The notes beneath the pieces are model-generated. The model worked only from the letters and a program-made list of their open reading frames with translations, was not told where the DNA came from and ran no database searches. A program made the translations under genes and the position numbers. From Candidatus Helarchaeota ASGARD archaeon Hel_GB_B (GTDB taxonomy: Archaea; Asgardarchaeota; Lokiarchaeia; Helarchaeales; HEL-GB-B), in NCBI GenBank assembly GCA_005191425.1, contig SUPR01000122.1:1-8691 (forward strand): a DNA stretch of 8,691 nt, read 5' to 3'. Positions 7,620 through 8,691 of this stretch are shown in pieces (positions within the stretch are counted from its first letter, which is position 1; every line of letters starts with the position of its first letter).

Positions 7620-7775
7620 TTTAAATTTTCCTCTTAATTATCTATTTTTAATATATTCAAAAAATATTAGAATTACTTAAAAACTCATTAAAAAATAAAT
7701 TAAAAAATGAGTAATTAAACTTTTTATTTATATAAAAAAGATTTTTCTAATTAAATATCAGTGTGAATATATAAT
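7620..7775. promoter_or_regulatory. Divergent promoter region between GNAT and cgi121, with TATA-like TTTATATA (7727-7734) and a 7-bp inverted repeat (7683-7712)
   Basis: TTTATATAAAAA lies about 45 nt upstream of the cgi121 ATG, GTGTGA (RBS-like) is at 7761-7766, and ACTCATT-N16-AATGAGT is present. Confidence 0.45.
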
Positions 7776-8363
7776 ATGCGAATCATAAATTTAGAAGATG
7801 GATTAAAATATAAATTTATAGGAATAAGTGCTTTAAAAGCAAAAAAAATTATTGAAATAAATGATCTAATTAAAAAAATAAGAGAAATTTCAGACAAATA
7901 TTCTGTAGAAATCCAAGTATTAAATGCAGACAAAATAGCATCATGGGAAAATTTATTTTTTGCATCTATTAATGCATTAAAATCTTTTCAGGGTAGATAC
8001 AATATAGCTAATAATTTACCAATCCAGACATTATTATATTTAGCTGCTGATAGACAAATTCAAAATGCAATTAAAAATTTTGGAATTAAAAAAGATACCT
8101 CAAAAATAGCAGTTATAATATTTTCTAATTTAATGGAAAATATTACAAATTCATTTACTGAAATTAAAAATCTATTTGACGGAATTGAAAACGAAAATTT
8201 ATTAGAATTAAATAATGAAAAATTTAATAGTTTATTAGGTTTATACAAAATAAGTGATATAGAATTATCTAATTTAATGGATGATAATACTGAAAAATCA
8301 AAATATAGAACATTAATTAAATTAATAATTGATAGAGGATCTTTAATTTCATTGGAAAAATAA
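7776..8363 (+). CDS. cgi121: KEOPS complex subunit Cgi121 (TPRKB family; t6A tRNA modification)
   Basis: 195 aa with the family core IQVLNADKIASWENLFFASINALKSF..YNIANNLPIQTLLYLAADRQIQNAIKNFGIK and C-terminal KLIIDRGSLISLEK. Recognised from recalled family consensus, not from a search. Confidence 0.85.
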   Translation: MRIINLEDGLKYKFIGISALKAKKIIEINDLIKKIREISDKYSVEIQVLNADKIASWENLFFASINALKSFQGRYNIANNLPIQTLLYLAADRQIQNAIKNFGIKKDTSKIAVIIFSNLMENITNSFTEIKNLFDGIENENLLELNNEKFNSLLGLYKISDIELSNLMDDNTEKSKYRTLIKLIIDRGSLISLEK

Positions 8364-8397
8364 CCTATAAATGTTTAAAAATAAATTGTATATATGA

Positions 8398-8575
8398 TTA
8401 ATCAATTAATAATTTAAAATTATTTCTAATATCTTGTATATATAATATGTTTGTCTATTGTCATTAATTTTAAATTTTTATTTATTGCAAATAATACTAT
8501 TAAAATATCAATTGCATATTATGGTTTTTCTACTTTTAATAATTCAGACGAAATTCTTAAAGCTAAATTATATAA
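8398..8575 (-). pseudogene. PIN-domain (VapC-like) ribonuclease remnant; 5' part eroded and probably continuing toward or beyond 8691
   Basis: The minus strand from 8575 reads LYNLALRISSELLKVEKP*YAIDILIVLFAINKNLKLMTIDKH, then after a frameshift YIQDIRNNFKLLID* (TAA 8398-8400). This fits the archaeal VapC C-terminal pattern A..I...L.K.GKPIPAIDILIA..AIN.NL.L.T.DKHF. There is an in-frame TAA at 8519-8521 and a double TAA just upstream of 8575. Confidence 0.6.
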
Positions 8576-8691
8576 TTATTATTTCATTTTTAGAAAAAAT
8601 AAGGATATGGTTAATATAAATAAAGAATTTATTTTATAATAATATGATATAAAATCATTAAGATATAAGGATTATTTATTTTTGATCTAAC

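Noticed and set aside
7751-7933. 60-aa minus-strand ORF
   Set aside because: Antisense to cgi121; hydrophobic composition typical of reverse-read AT-rich codons.
8060-8248. 62-aa minus-strand ORF
   Set aside because: Antisense shadow inside cgi121.
8451-8639. 62-aa plus-strand ORF (TTG start)
   Set aside because: No motif or RBS; better explained as the antisense of the PIN/VapC remnant.
1-8691. Mobile element, CRISPR array, tRNA or rRNA
   Set aside because: No transposase or integrase motifs, terminal inverted repeats with target duplications, repeat-spacer periodicity or GC-rich structured RNA segments were seen.

Overview
Very AT-rich window (roughly 25% GC by eye, not computed) that is most likely archaeal: it carries a Cgi121/KEOPS gene, AGGTG/GAGG-type ribosome-binding sites and TATA-like promoters. 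An Asgard-type archaeon is plausible but is inference only. Gene order: an edge-truncated [4Fe-4S]/CCG-domain protein missed by the ORF track (1..899, -); an AGPS/YgcU-like FAD-linked oxidoreductase in the same operon (911..2350, -); a GT4 glycosyltransferase (+) tail-to-tail with a cobalamin-binding radical SAM enzyme (-); a divergent FGGY kinase (+); a multiply frameshifted ArsR/SmtB pseudogene (+, not in the ORF track); a GNAT acetyltransferase (-); Cgi121 (+); and a decayed PIN/VapC-like pseudogene (-, not in the ORF track). No rRNA, tRNA, CRISPR array or transposase was recognised. The best candidate for an undescribed system is the AGPS-like flavoprotein + Fe-S/CCG partner + atypical FGGY kinase, with or without the GT4/radical SAM pair, as a lipid-backbone or polyol-phosphate pathway.
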